DNA from: Ramazzottius varieornatus
Taxonomy: Eukaryota; Animalia; Tardigrada
Assembly: GCA_001949185.1 (NCBI GenBank)
Contig: BDGG01000001.1
Coordinates: 3,957,624 to 4,021,623, forward strand
DNA length: 64,000 nucleotides
Reading direction: 5' to 3'
A program made the position numbers and the translations under genes. Each line of letters opens with the position of its first letter. Position 1 is the stretch's first letter. The notes beneath the pieces are model-generated. The model saw nothing but the letters and a program-made list of their open reading frames with translations. It was not told the origin of the DNA and did no database searches. Below are positions 28,650 to 41,895 of this stretch, piece by piece.

Positions 28650-29071
28650 TAGAGCCCTGCAACATGCAGCACGTTCTGCACTGCACTTTATTTTACTACA
28701 ATGCAGTGCCGTTGCAGTCGCAGAAATGGTAATAAAATGCAGTTGCAGTGCAGTTGCAGTTTTGAAAAAGTGAGCACCGTTCATTGCAGTATACTGTTGT
28801 GGGCCAGAAAACAGTAGTAAAATCGGGTTGTTTTCATTTTCTGGCCGGATTCTACCGTTTTTCGGTTGAATCTCCGTAAAACAACGACGTTTACGTTGTG
28901 TTTGACATGCATTTCAGCAGGTGGCCAGAAACTCTTAATTTTCAAATGCAGTGCAGTGCAGTTGCAGTTTGGAAAACAGCACAGAATTGCAGATGCTTTG
29001 CAGTTGCAGTTTCTGGAAACCGGATACAGTGCAGAAGCAGCACTGGTTTCAGCTACTGCTGCAGGGCTCTA
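28650..29071. mobile_element. hAT-type MITE with internal TGCAG repeats
   Basis: TIR TAGAGCCCTGCA/TGCAGGGCTCTA; flanks CTGTAGTA/CTGTAGTG (7/8 TSD); repeated TGCAGTGCAGTTGCAGTTT inside. Confidence 0.8.
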
Positions 29072-30384
29072 CTGTAGTGCTGCTGAGCCGCGCGTCTGTC
29101 GGAGCATGGTAAGCCCAAACGCGCAAACTAAATATGGTAGGCCATAATTTACCGAAGCTGGGACTCGTTTACAGGAAACCTTGACATCGAATGCCGGTAA
29201 CAATGCTTTTTCAAATCTCGAGCTAAGCACTTAGCGCACATCGTTGACGGGAATCCTCGGTAGGATTAACAACTTGCTTCTCCTCGTAGTTACTTTTCGC
29301 CCACGAAACCTGAGTTCTCAACCTTGTCTGATACTTGGTCATCTCGTCCTTTACTTCATCCTCTGCACCGTTTCGTTACCAGCTCCCCGATGGTAGTCCT
29401 CACTAGCATATTCGACATCCAAGTGTCGATGAATACTTGATACTGTACGTAGTGTCATGCAAGTTCTCCACATGATTTTTTTACCTGGAGCGTCGCTTGT
29501 TTAGCTATCCACTGTTTCGCGGCGATCTGTAGTCCTCACCACTATTCAAAATTCTGTTCAAAGAAAGCAGCGATGTGAATGGCGGCATTCTGTTGAGTCT
29601 TCAGTGTCGGTTGCTTTATATCTTTCGCCATCGGTGGTGAAACATTCGGTCATTTCTCTTCATTGAACACGCTCCTCCGACCTTCATTGGCTGCCGTACA
29701 CGTTGTCAACCTAGTAAGTTTATTCTCATGCAGTATATCGACGCGGCATTGTGGCAATATCGTTTCATTTTTTCCGTATCCGTTGATTTTCTACGCGATG
29801 AGCGAAGATTACCGCCGCGGATTCAGCGAGCACCGGACCTGAATGAAGCATTTATGGTCGATGAGAAGAGGACCTCTACTGTCGCGGACCATATCGTGGA
29901 AACTTCGAATGGCCCAGTCTCACCGTCCACCCAACATGACTTGAGATACTGTACTTTGAATAGCCAGTGGTATGTCGACTCGAGGAATTTTATCTTGGGG
30001 GCTTTGTTGAATTATCGAAGAACCGCAAAACTTGTTGCATGGCTTGAATCCATTTCTCTGAATGTACCGACACCTGTTGAGCAATCAACAACAGTTTTAA
30101 ACCACTGGCGGAACAGGAGCTTAACGCTTATCTCTGTGCATAATAAACTGGTCATTCTACAGGCTATTAGAGTCGACCTTCGAGATCAAACTATGTGTAA
30201 TAATTGTGGTTTCGACTTTCCTGCAGCGCCATCGTTTTATGGAACCAAGCTGTTGTGTTTTAATTGTCTGCGACAACAAGGTGGTCAGTGCTATTGTGGG
30301 AGATCGTTCTCTTGAGCTACGTGGGATCAGCGGCTCGATCGTCGATTTTTGTCATCCATACACAGCACAGAAGGCTTCATCATC

Positions 30385-32167
30385 ATGAAACAGAAACTGA
30401 GCCTGCTTGTGTGGTTCAAAGCTGTGACTTTAACCGTCTTTTTGGTACTCTCCTATTTTACAGGTTTCTATCAAAGTTCTCTGGCAGTTCGAAGCTCCTT
30501 TGGAAATCTCCGGGGCCACGCCGGATCCATTCCATCCCGCCAAAATCCAGGAACCGTCAGCAGTCCCTACTACCGCCAAAATTACCCCGCCGATGACGCT
30601 GTTCGCTCGAGCTTGGGAAGCCGTTTTTCGCCTGGTCTTCCAGCTAGTCAGCTTCCTCCCAGCACCAAAATATCTCCGGGAGTCCTCGCAACGCAGCAGA
30701 TCCAGCAACCAACAGCCTTCTTAGAAAGTGCAGCTTCTGCCAGCTCTTCCAGGCTAATGTCAACGGGGAACAGCCTGTTCAACATGGCGCATCCGCAGCC
30801 ATATCAACAGCAGTCCATGACGTCACTGCAAAAAGTTCCCCAAGGTATCAAGATATTATACTGTATTCCCTCGATAGTTCTGCGAATCACGTGACTGTTC
30901 CGTTAAGCATTACCCGGCGGGGATAGTTAATATTTATGCATTCAATCAAATATTGCTCGCCAATCAAGTAGAGTGACGGGCGACAATCAAACAAGCAGTG
31001 ATATCACTGCGGGTGTAATATACTGGCCTGATGACGTAATTCGCAGAAAAATCGAGGGAATACAGTAGCTCCAATCCTACAGACTCTCGCAAAACCAGTG
31101 TCATATGTCTTCGAGTACTCTTTGTTGGCGATTACAACAAATTTAACTGTGATTATGAGCAAGTTGGCGTGTCGACCTTTCAAGTTCAATGTCGGGAATA
31201 CCTATTTATTATCGCTTCTAATGACCACATCTGTTGCAGCAGCTTTGTGCGGCGGCCAGGTCTGGCTGCATGATTGGCAGGCTCAAAGTATCGCTTCACC
31301 GAACTATCCAGGAAACTATCCGGACGATATCGTTTGTGAGTGGCGGATATACGCCAACTATGGTGCACAGATTAAGGTATGGAATTCCACAAACGATGTA
31401 CACACGAAGATTAATTACATGAACGAACTAAATTTCTAATTTTTGCAGATTAATGCGACAGATTTTGTGTTGGAGAATTCGGAGACCTGTAAAAGCGACT
31501 ATATCCAGTTCTTCTGGGGTGAGAATGCGACTCCAGATTTGTCACACTAAACAAATAGAAGACATCAGGCAATATGTGCGAATTCTTCCATTAGGCAACG
31601 GAAGTCCTTCAACATGGAAGTCCGGTGGTGACGGCGACCGGTTCTGCGGTTCCGAGGGACCTTTCGATCTCGTATTCAAGGATAACAACTTGGTAATCTA
31701 AAAGTAGTTTTCGCAGCTGTTGTTTTTCCTAACTACATTAGCCAAAGTATTCTCTTCTACAGGTTATGAAGTTCGTTACGGATAAAAGTCGAACCAACAA
31801 AGGTTGAATATCTGGCTGAACTAAAATTCCGTGCGTATTTCGTTTGTCTTCTAATTTTCTCCCTTACGTCGTAGGCTTCAACGTGTCTCTTTCGATCTTC
31901 CAAATTTGCGCCCTCCTCTACGAACAACCCGACTTTTATGGGACGCCCACGACGCTGGAAGTTTTCTACGAAAGCGACATCTTGCCGTCGTACGGAGCAT
32001 CGCCCGATACCGTTTACCAGTCCGTAGAAATTGCCGAGGGATGCAAGCTTATGGTCTGCAGCGACAATAAGTTCGAGGGTACTTGCCATCTGTACTTCCG
32101 TAGCAACAGAATAATCTCACCGATTTACGCCAACTGGCCGCGTTCTGCGTCTTGCGCCTGCTCGTAG
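30385..32167 (+). CDS. Secreted or type II membrane protein: hydrophobic N-terminus, S/P/Q low-complexity region, CUB domain, C-terminal beta/gamma-crystallin-like domain
   Basis: Six exons join in frame. CUB: CGG..IASPNYPGNYPDDIVCEWRI..C..DYI..RFCG..FVTDKS..GF. Crystallin-like: LYEQPDFYG..SVEIAEGCKLMVCSDNKFEG. Confidence 0.72.
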
Positions 32168-32553
32168 GGTTATACAAAAACACTATGAAGCTTGCACTTT
32201 CTGAAGACCCCCCACATAAATGTTCCTGCCTGTTGCAGCTATGGGTTATTAAACGTACGCAGATCTAAAGGCCGAAGTCACGTGGCGCAGCGGTACAGGC
32301 AAGAGCCGCACGAAGTCGGGATCATATCGATCGCCGTGACATTGATTTCCTTGTCGAGATTTGGACTGTTTTACCATTCAAAGGAGTAAGCATACTGTAC
32401 GCACACATCGGAAGTTAACCGTTGAAGGTGAACAAAGGTTTGTTTACTGACGGATAGATCGCTGCGCAAATATTGTAGGGAGTAGGATACTTCACTCTGG
32501 CGGAAATCCTGTTGGTCCGTTTACGGGAAACCTGCGGACAAACTTGCTGCTGA

Positions 32554-34107
32554 ATGTATCATGCACCCGAAGACATGGATCTTCGTTCTGCTCGGAGTCT
32601 GTTGCTGTCTGCTCTTCTTTTTTCATGATTCGGAGATGACAGGTTAAGACTTTTATTTCTATGCTTACGCAGTTTGTCATCCGATTTTTGTTAAGATCTC
32701 ATCTGATATTTAGAACTATGGCTGGCGCGCACACCCAGGCCGGCTTTTACCGCTTTCAACATTCAGTTTCGTAAAAGTCGTGCAAAGCTGTCACCCCAAC
32801 TGCAAAACGTCTTCGACACTTTTTTCCAGAACGTTCAGGTAGTTCAGTTGCAATTGTACGGTGCAATGCAGTTATCGTTTAATTTCTGTCTGATGCTATT
32901 ATGGGACCTGGGCTATCATAGGAATGAATTAAGCCGGAACGATCTCTTCAAGTGGCGCACGTGTGCATTCTTTTCGGCTCAAAGTGTGCTCCTCTGGGGA
33001 AAACGTTTAGATCATTTACCCACGCCCATACCACATTTGATTATGCCGTCTGCTTGTTCCATATATACTGAAGGAGTGTCTTTTCAGGTCAACTGGTTCA
33101 AAAATGAATACTCTCGACGCTGCTCAGTTTCTTCCTCGACCGGCACTTTAGTCGCAGTACTGAACGGCAAAACTTCCGGCTTCGGTTCGGTCCTGAATAA
33201 CGCAATGAATATCATCCTAATCGCCTGGGAGCCAAGCGTCAACCGACACTTCACCCTGCTTGAGACACCGACACTGTGGAGTTACGCGCCGTTGAGCGAA
33301 TTCTTCGACCATCCGGTAGACTCACCATGCTCCCTGGTACGTGTTAGTCCGAACGTCGAGCTCCTCCGCGAAAAAGAAACCTTCGATCTGGCCATGAGTT
33401 CCGGAACCAGACAAGTCCGCTTTTCTGGGAAGCTTCACCAAACCATCAGGTACTTTGGGGAACGATGGTCGCAGTACCGAAACGTAACGGAAGAAATCCT
33501 GATACGAGACGGTACCGAGAAAGTCTTTCGCAGAAAGTCCGCCCTAACTCGCGCACTGTGGAACTTCCGACCAGACTACAAAGCTCTGCTGAAAGAGTTA
33601 TGGTCGAAGGTGCTCGATAAAAATGGACGGTACTTCGCTGTACACATCCGCCGAGGTGACAAGTTGGCGGCTAAGGAGATGGAGAACGTGCCTATAGAGA
33701 AGTATTGGGAGAAGGTTGCATCAATTTGTAAGTTGCTCAAGAACTCCTGTCCACACAATGTCTTTGTCATGTACGACGAACCGGAAGAGCTCAAGAGTCT
33801 CAAGGAGCTCGCAGTGCAAGACGCGTCCACTAGGTTCTTCGATTTTCCTATGCTGATAAACTCAACAGGAAGAGACCTGGAAGACTTCGTGAGCCTGAGT
33901 CCGCCGGCTTTGTTCGTCAAGAATGACAAGAACGAATGGTTCAAACATACCCAAGAAATGCTGTTATCCATGACGCTGTTGGCCATGTCCGATCAGTTGA
34001 TATGCACGTTTTCGTCCAACGTTTGCCGTCTTGCCGCGCTGATTAGAGGTGATCTCAACCCAGAGACCATCCATGGTCTTGACGCACCAACCTGGCACAA
34101 TTTGTGA
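32554..34107 (+). CDS. Alpha-1,6-fucosyltransferase-like glycosyltransferase (GT23, FUT8/NodZ family)
   Basis: SGFGSVLN, YFAVHIRRGDK (GDP-Fuc binding motif) and DQLICTFSSNVCRLA. Two small 5' exons splice in frame to the large exon at 33088. Start uncertain. Confidence 0.8.
32911..33030. repeat. Intronic palindromic element, copy 4, fucosyltransferase intron
   Basis: CAAGTGGCGCAC-N25-GTGCTCC; degenerate arms. Confidence 0.65.
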
Positions 34108-34309
34108 TAATTTTCTGCTTCTTTATAAGGAGCTTGTCTGCATAAACGAAGTTGACGTACGTTAACTGAAAATGATTTACGGAAAAATAAATAAAATCGG
34201 TACTAGTTTGATAAGTTGGCAGTGCATTTTGGCTATACCGAAGAATAAATTACACGGTGCGGAATGCCGAAAATAGTTTGAGTTGGGGATATATCAGCAG
34301 TGAACCCCT

Positions 34310-36398
34310 TTATTTTAGAACCACGTCAGCAGAGGAGCAGTTCGCTACAGCAGCAGGGTCCACGGGTCGGAATGTACCGGCGCCAGCACCACTGGCGACT
34401 GATGTTGCTTCTGCAGGAACCGACGTCGTTTGTTTAGAATCTGATATTGAAAATCTGCGATAATATTCTGGCGAACGTGCTCGATCGTGGTCCAAGATTG
34501 GATCGAGGGTCGAGTGAACCGAAGGTATCATGCTGCCAGTTCGTGAACAGGTTCTTCCCGGGTTGGGACGAAGCCCATCGGACAAAGAAACGGTTGCTCC
34601 ATCGTTCGCCATCTCCTGCTTGATCAGTTCCGCTACGATACGCTGTGGTCGACGCTGCCATTCTTCCAGGTGCGCTTCGACCTCGGGATCAACTTGATCC
34701 GACTCGAGACGGTTCATCAGCGTAACGCATACCACCGCGGCTATGTTCGGACAACATATTACAGAATGAATTGCGCAATCAATAACTTTCAGTACGCGCG
34801 CAACTTGATACCTTTCACGCCGGCAAGATGGCACATTGCCGAGAAGGCGAGCGATTCCATTTCTGAAATGCGGAAGTATTAAAGCTATGAGTTCAGCAAA
34901 ACAAGCCGATATACTTGTTGAATTGTCTGAACAGCAAGTCAGCGCCTACCGAAATTCCGGATCCCGTATGCGTGATAGCATTTCTGAAGGAAGTCCTTCT
35001 GTTCATCGGTGTTGAATTCGCAAAAAGCTGTGGGAGCAAATCAGCGCTGGTTATTGTGTATGGCCAAAAGTATTCTGATGGAAGACCGAGCACATGTACG
35101 CACCACCATCTATCCTGGCTTGTTCTTCATAGAAGTCATTTGCGCAGAGGGTGTTACCGGAAACGACTGGGATGTTCATCTCGGATTTAGCTGCGTAGTG
35201 CATAAGGTCTCGGGAAACACCTGCATCCAGTATGGCGGGTCTCTGTACTTGTTTCCCCAGAATGTATTGCGTGAAATATGGCTGGAAGAGTCCGTTATAA
35301 ACCTTCTCGGTGATGACCGTGGTACCCAGCGGAACACCAACGCCCCCACACGTCCCGATACGAATAAACTTGACGCCTCTTTCCGCGCGTGCGTAGTGTA
35401 GAAGCTTGAGTATCTCATGCATCATGATTGACAGACTCGGATTGCCCATGCCGTGCTAAAAATAGACAACAAAATAAAATCGATGGAAACCACGACCTTC
35501 CACTTGAGAAAAGACTTTCGCTCATGACGTCCGACACTTGAGAGTTAGCAAGAAACCTCATCAATGCACGGCTACGTCAACAGAAAGCAATTTCAATGTC
35601 TCCTGACTTTCTTACGCAAGCAAAATTTAATATTGGAGTTTCTCAGCACCTCGAGCAGTACCGAATATTGTTACAATATTCCCTTTGTCCACGGAATTCA
35701 GGTTTCGAACTTACGCTGACGGTGAGGACAGGTCCAGCTTTGTACATAACATAGCGAGCGTGACCGCCGCACAGGTCCGTTACGCCCATCCCAGCAGGAA
35801 CTTGAATCTTGAGCGCGCCCAAGCAAACCACGGCGAATTCAAACATGCGACTCGGAGTTCCTCCGACACAGACATACTGCGAAGAGGAGGACATAGTTTT
35901 GTGTGGTGTACTAAGAACGTTTCAAATGTTCTAAAACGAACTATGAAGCTCATTCCGGTTCATTTACAAGTGTGCGCACCTTGATGTCGCGGAAAACCTG
36001 TACAGTTTGGGAGTTCAAACTGACCACCAGTCCCAGATGATACAGGAAGTCAGGCTCCTTCTTCTCGATTTTCTTTTGAAGATGCTTGTTCCGGAGATTG
36101 AAATCCTCTCTAGAAATTCAACCTTTGGAACGACACTTCAGACGAGCTGAGGCCTGGGATTCGGTAGGCACACGTGTTTACAGTTCTACCTTGCTGGGTT
36201 TTCGTGGTCCTTGGAGCTTTTGGCCTTGGTCTCCAATAACTGCCGAAGACTGGACAGTTGTTTCAGCGCTTCGGTCTGGTCGACGGCAGATCGTCCATTC
36301 TGCCCGGTAATAGACGCCTGCAGGGAGTTGAGAGTTTGAAGTATGGCCGGAAGGGTGTCGTTCATCCGTTCCAGCCCAAGTTTTCCTGCGTCGCCCAT
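34310..36398 (-). CDS. UPP: Uridine phosphorylase (UPP1/2-like)
   Basis: [61 protein letters not shown], EMES and AAVVCVTLMNRL..DQ..WQRRPQ. Confidence 0.93.
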
Positions 36399-37580
36399 AG
36401 CTGATAGTCGATGTAATATAAGTCTACAGAAGTGTAAACCACGGTGTAGGTACAACTGTAACGTCCGGCTTACTGGATAAAGAGAAAAGGGATGAAAAGC
36501 TGGTGATAGAAAGAACGCTAATTTCGATGTGTTAAGAAGATTTGCGGCCATGATTCATATATATACGGCGAAGCCAGCTTAGCCAGGCAATGTTTATCAG
36601 CAGAGAAAAATCGGCTGAAGCTCCACCTTTTCCGGCAACTCGCCTTCTTGTAGAGCCAATCGTCAAACTCATATGACGTTGAGGTTAACATCGGCGTATG
36701 TGTGCTCTAACAACCCGCGGCCTTGTAGTCAAACAGGTGGATTACTAATCGTAAGCATTACGAATCATAACTTCGTATTCCACTGACAGAAGCGTAGACC
36801 GTTCTGCCTGCCTCAATATTCATTTCGAAGGAAGGGCCCAAGCCGCGCCTCGAACCGAGACAGAGGACCGTGAGAAATTACCAAACACCCCTTCGAGGTT
36901 CTTCATTTCCGTGCGCTAACGCGCCACGCCTGACATGGCATCGACTCCGAAGGCTTGCGGCCACTGAGCTCGACCGAGACCTCAAAGAACCAGTCAAGGA
37001 CCAACAAACCTCGAGAAGTCCGAAGTATCGTTGACTTTTGCCTATCGCTATCTAATCGTGGTATAGAAATACGGCGTATCCAAAGCTCGAAACCTGTTCA
37101 TGTATGTCTTCTCGCCTGCTATCGATGAGCAAATTCTGTAATCAGAAAACCGTCCACAAGTCATTATCTAAATTTCAACTTCTGACAGACCAGTCGATGC
37201 AAGTCTTCCCCCGCCGTCTGTTAAATAGTGTCATGGCGTGGTTCTAATTTGCGATGCTACAAATAGCAAATAGAACGAGTCGGTCGAGGTCACATTGCGT
37301 TTTTTAAATTGCACCCACACAGGTACATCTTTGCTAGACGTACCATCATGTACCTTGCTCATCTACCTACTGTTTTATCCGCTGCACGAGCGGCGACGTT
37401 AACCTGACCATCTTGAATTCAAACAACTGCACGGAGGACCGCAGTCCGGACCTGCGCTTGTAATGCTATGTGTATACAGGCATGACATGACATGCGGTAT
37501 ATTCATACAGGTATAAAGAGCCCAGCTAAGCAGACCTGTTTATTTGCGTGGGCGCTGATTGCTCCGAGTCTACTACGGCG

Positions 37581-40500
37581 ATGTTGCCAACAAACTATCC
37601 AGTTTCCCAGCAAGTGCCTTTGATGACCGAGTCGAGCTCTTTCGATTTCTACCATGGTCTTCCTCCAAGTCCACCCAAGTCCACTCATAATCGTGGCCAT
37701 GATTATTATTCGCCGCGCTCTATGAGCAATCACATGTTCCTCATGGAGCTTGAGTTTGGCCCGGGAATAGTTGCTCAGCTGAAGAGCAAATTTGCGGCCG
37801 CGTCACATTCCTCCTCCACGATGGCTATTCCAACATCGCCTGCAACTATTCAAGGTAAAACCTAGTTTCTGTGTGTGTTCTCGTAGGTGTGGGAAGTCGG
37901 CCATGATAAGGAAAACTGAGCGTGAACATGGGTGAATTTTTTGTATGAGGAAAAGCGTCGACGCCATCGTTTTCATGTTTGATCCTCTCTCCATCGCGCA
38001 TCTCATAATTTATGGCTATAAGCAATGATTGCACCTGATTACGGGTGTAAGCTCGACAATTATTGTTGCAGGATCCGCTGACGCTATCAACATTCAATGA
38101 GAATTGATTATTTCATGCCTTCCAGCCAAACAAGTGTCACGAAATATTTTTTTGTTGCCTTACACTTTATTGTATACACGTCGAACAGGTTGCTTGTGAT
38201 GGCAAGTCAGACGCATAACATTTTCCTGCGTGTGGCAGAGAGCTGTTTATACGTACCATCCCTCGATGAATAATTATTTTTGTTATTTTCAGGTGGTCGT
38301 TTCGAACAGAGGAATTCCTATCACGGACCATTATCACCACCCTCAAAGGATATCGCTTCCTCGTCCAAGAGATCCTCCACCAACATGACAGCCACCGTCT
38401 CTCCGCGGAAAGTCGATAGCGTCCTCATGCACAAGTCTCTGATGAACGACAATGTGGTCATTATTGACCGAGGTAAGTGAAGTGCTGATTACCAGCGGAA
38501 AGTCAATTACAGTCTGCGTTGCATCCTTGAACGCATTTCTGTAACTGACTACGAGTATCGACATTATCGCACAGGCAAAACTTCAAGACCTGAAACTTCC
38601 TAGAAGAATTTCCAGATACCTTTTAGTCTCTGCAATTTACAATCATAATTTCAGATTTTAGAAATATTGCTTTTGCAAACTGTTCCTATCAACTCGCGCA
38701 AGAAATTTCCATTGTCTGATATGGAAGCATTGCGGATGTATCACTTGGTGCGCGAGTCGAACGGGGCTTAAGTTGTGAATAAATGTAATTCTTCCGATAT
38801 CTTGATTATTCTGTCTTTCTGGCCTAAAGGTTTTGGAACCTACCTTTGACAATTGTTATCTGGTACCACCTTTGAAGGGTTGAATTTTCACATGCACGTT
38901 AATGGACTCGTAATTAATGCTGCCGTGTTGTTTTGATGGCGTGCATCCGCGTTGCTCACGTTCCGTCCTCTTGATTGCAGGTTCATCAGTCAAGCTCAAC
39001 AGCGGTCTCAGTGCGGAACTGGTCAATAAGTCCGAGTGCATCGAGGGTCTGGTCTCGCAGTATAAGGCCATCTTTGAGAAGGACCCACAAGCCCTCTCCA
39101 ACGCCGCCAGCTCTCCACAACGCAAGAAACGTGCTAGCCGCGAATGCCTCGCCGACATTAACGCCACTTCGCCCCCCATCATCCCCTATCGCAATTCCAT
39201 CTCCGAACTTTCCAGTCCTCCACACGATGTGGTCGACCACAAGAAATCATCAGAAATCAATCAGATCATTGATAGTTTTTCTGATAACGTTCTTCCTCAA
39301 AGTCCACCTCAACCACCACCAAGACCTCTTCGCAAAGCTCAGCTCGCTAACCAGACCAAAGCTAATTCGCCTCCGCAAGTGTCTTCCCGACCAGTCCCAC
39401 CCAGACGTCCTCCCCCACTTTTACCTGCGGACGCGAATTTGATCTCTAGAAACAATAACAATCCAATCTCTCCGGAAGAAGAAATCATCAGAAATATTCC
39501 TTCTGTGTCGGTCGAAACGCGAAACTCCATTCCGAAAAGTCCGCCGAAACTTCCGGCCAGTTCGCCTCCAGTGACACCCGAAAAGAGAAGTCCGCCTGTA
39601 AGACCTCTGAGCATTCCAAAGAAGGTGGAAAGTCCGAAACAGAAAGAGCTCGTGCTGCCCGAGAACGATGTGGAAGTCGTCGAGTTGAGTTCTCTGAAGA
39701 AAGCGGACCAGAAAGAGAAGGGAACGCCAAAGTCGACGTTACTGATCGAGAACAATGTTCAGTCACAGCCCGGTGATTCTTCGTCAGATGAAGCCAAAAA
39801 AGTGACGGAAAAGGAAGTCAAGCCTGCGGTGAAGGAAAGAATGCCTCGAATGACTTCGCTGGATTCGTTACAAAAAGGAGCTTCGCATCCTTCTCGCTTG
39901 GGTGTGGACCCTACGATGAGCGATGGCGATAAAGTGTTCTTCGATAGTCCGACGAAGAGGCTGTCTCTCGACTCGAAGATGCCACAGGTGTCGAATGTGG
40001 CTGGTGTGAAGGAACAGGATACGAAAGACGAGAAGGAGAACACGGCACCGGCGTTTCGTGTGGCGTTGAAGAAGTCGAGCGGATACGGAATGACGACCAT
40101 CATGGACACGAAATCCAGACCGATAACGGCAACGCTGCAGCCGGCACTGAAGATAGACGATCCGGCCTTGCTGACCACCCTCAAGGATCTGGGCCGGACA
40201 CGCAATGCCGCCGGGTCGGATGACCATGATCGCATTGTTGAGCTGGAGATGGAAATATTGAAGATTGTGGTGCTGGGACATAATACCCCGACGGGATCGC
40301 GCAGCAGTCTCAAGAGGCCGGCAGCTGTCAACACTCGAGCGCACCTCCGCATTACCTTCAACGACAAAGCCATCACCACACACGAATACCCATCTGAACA
40401 GTCTCTTGTCCACCTCGACGACCATCCCTCTCCAAACTCCGTCCTGAACCTTGACGCTGAAACTGAGGAATCGGACACCGATGGTATGTATGTTGAAATT

Positions 40501-41165
40501 GAGTTTTCTGCCATCGTCAATTGGGACGTCGGCGAATGAAATGACCATGATCATAATGTTAGGTGGCGCACGTTTTCATTGCTGTTGGCTAGAAGTCTGC
40601 GCTGCTTTGAAGGAAGCGATCATGTTCAGGTCAATTACAGACCTCCTAATTAAAATTCACATCAAATGCACTTCATAAGTTTCTGAGTCAAACGTTTGCC
40701 CATCAATAACGCGCGCCGTCTTCTTTGGTATCATCAATTGCGGTTTTGCTTGAAGGAATGCTTCCGTCAGGAGAGAGTCAAGTCCCTCGTCGGGAAGGCG
40801 ACCTGTTGCGAAAGCCAACGGGTTTGTCATCGGCAGGTCTTTCGTCGTACAAGCCAAGTACCTTAGCGGAGTTTCAGCTGGGATTAGAGCGACCTGCCTA
40901 TGCATCCTCCTCGTCGGCAGATGCTGCCGCAGATGCTGCCTCAGAAACTGCAGTGAAAGATGCACAGACAGCACCGACAACCTCATCGACAACCAGTTTT
41001 CCACCATCACAACGTCAACATGAGATGAATAAGATGAATAATCAACAAGACAATGACCGGCGCGCGGCTACCGACAAAAGCCACCAGTGGTGCGTTCAGC
41101 CGAATTCCGATTCACAGGGGAAGTTCTCAAACACGGCCTCTAATGCTGATGACATGCTTTTTTAG
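37581..41165 (+). CDS. Taperin/phostensin-like PP1-binding protein (Pro/Ser-rich, disordered)
   Basis: LELEFGPGIVAQLKSKF near the N-terminus. C-terminal LRITFNDKAITTHEYPSEQSL and GLSSYKP resemble, from memory, the taperin/phostensin PP1-binding module (KISFND....T.EYPSE.SL; GLSSY.P). Confidence 0.7.
40522..40646. repeat. Intronic palindromic element, copy 5, taperin-like intron
   Basis: TGGGACGTCGGCGAA..AGGTGGCGCAC-N25-CTGCGCTGCTT; the left arm aligns with the reverse complement of copy 2. Confidence 0.8.
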
Positions 41166-41895
41166 CAGAGCAGGATGAACCGATTAGTGCAGCCACGTCT
41201 TCCGAAAATTAAAATTTAATAGTCTTTTTTTACGTCGATTCGTCTGATCAATTTGTTCCTTTGTAGAAAAAGTGTTGATAGTTTTTTTTATAATTAACTC
41301 TGTGCGGACTGTTAGCTTCCGCAGCTGTGATTCATTTTGTAGTTGTGCGATGGTGCGTTAGGTTCCCCATTAGGCTTTCCAGTTTCTACTTTTCACTAGT
41401 ACTTTTAGGCTACTCAATACAATATCTTTGCTGATAAACTTAACAAATTTTTGTGCAGCCTTGTCAATCGCAGTCCTTGTCAATTGTAAAAGAGTGGAAG
41501 TCCTAGGTTTTGTACTTCACGGTATTAGCTCTGCGTGGTGACCCGAGCATGAAGCACTCCCGAGTGACGACGGTGAAACAAGAGCTCGGCACTCTGGGTC
41601 CACGGAAAAGCAGAGTGCGCGGAACTTTATTGGTCTTCCTGGAAACTGATGCCCAGTCCGCGAGTACAGGCCTTTCTGCCAAAGATATAGTCTCTAACAA
41701 AGAATTTCATGTGTAGGCCATGTAAGTGATGTAACTGCCGGTTGAAGATAGTGTATCGATTGCAACGCGGAGAAGATTCGGGAGATGACCAATCAAAACA
41801 GTGAAATCAAAACAGTATACGCAAGGCCCGCAACGACGTCATAGGCTGCAACTAGGTTGATTGCAATATGACTTGATTTATGATGAAGTTGGGCA

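Noticed and set aside
39339-40554. Long antisense ORFs over the taperin-like exon (and similar ones over other genes)
   Set aside because: Shadow ORFs opposite real coding exons.
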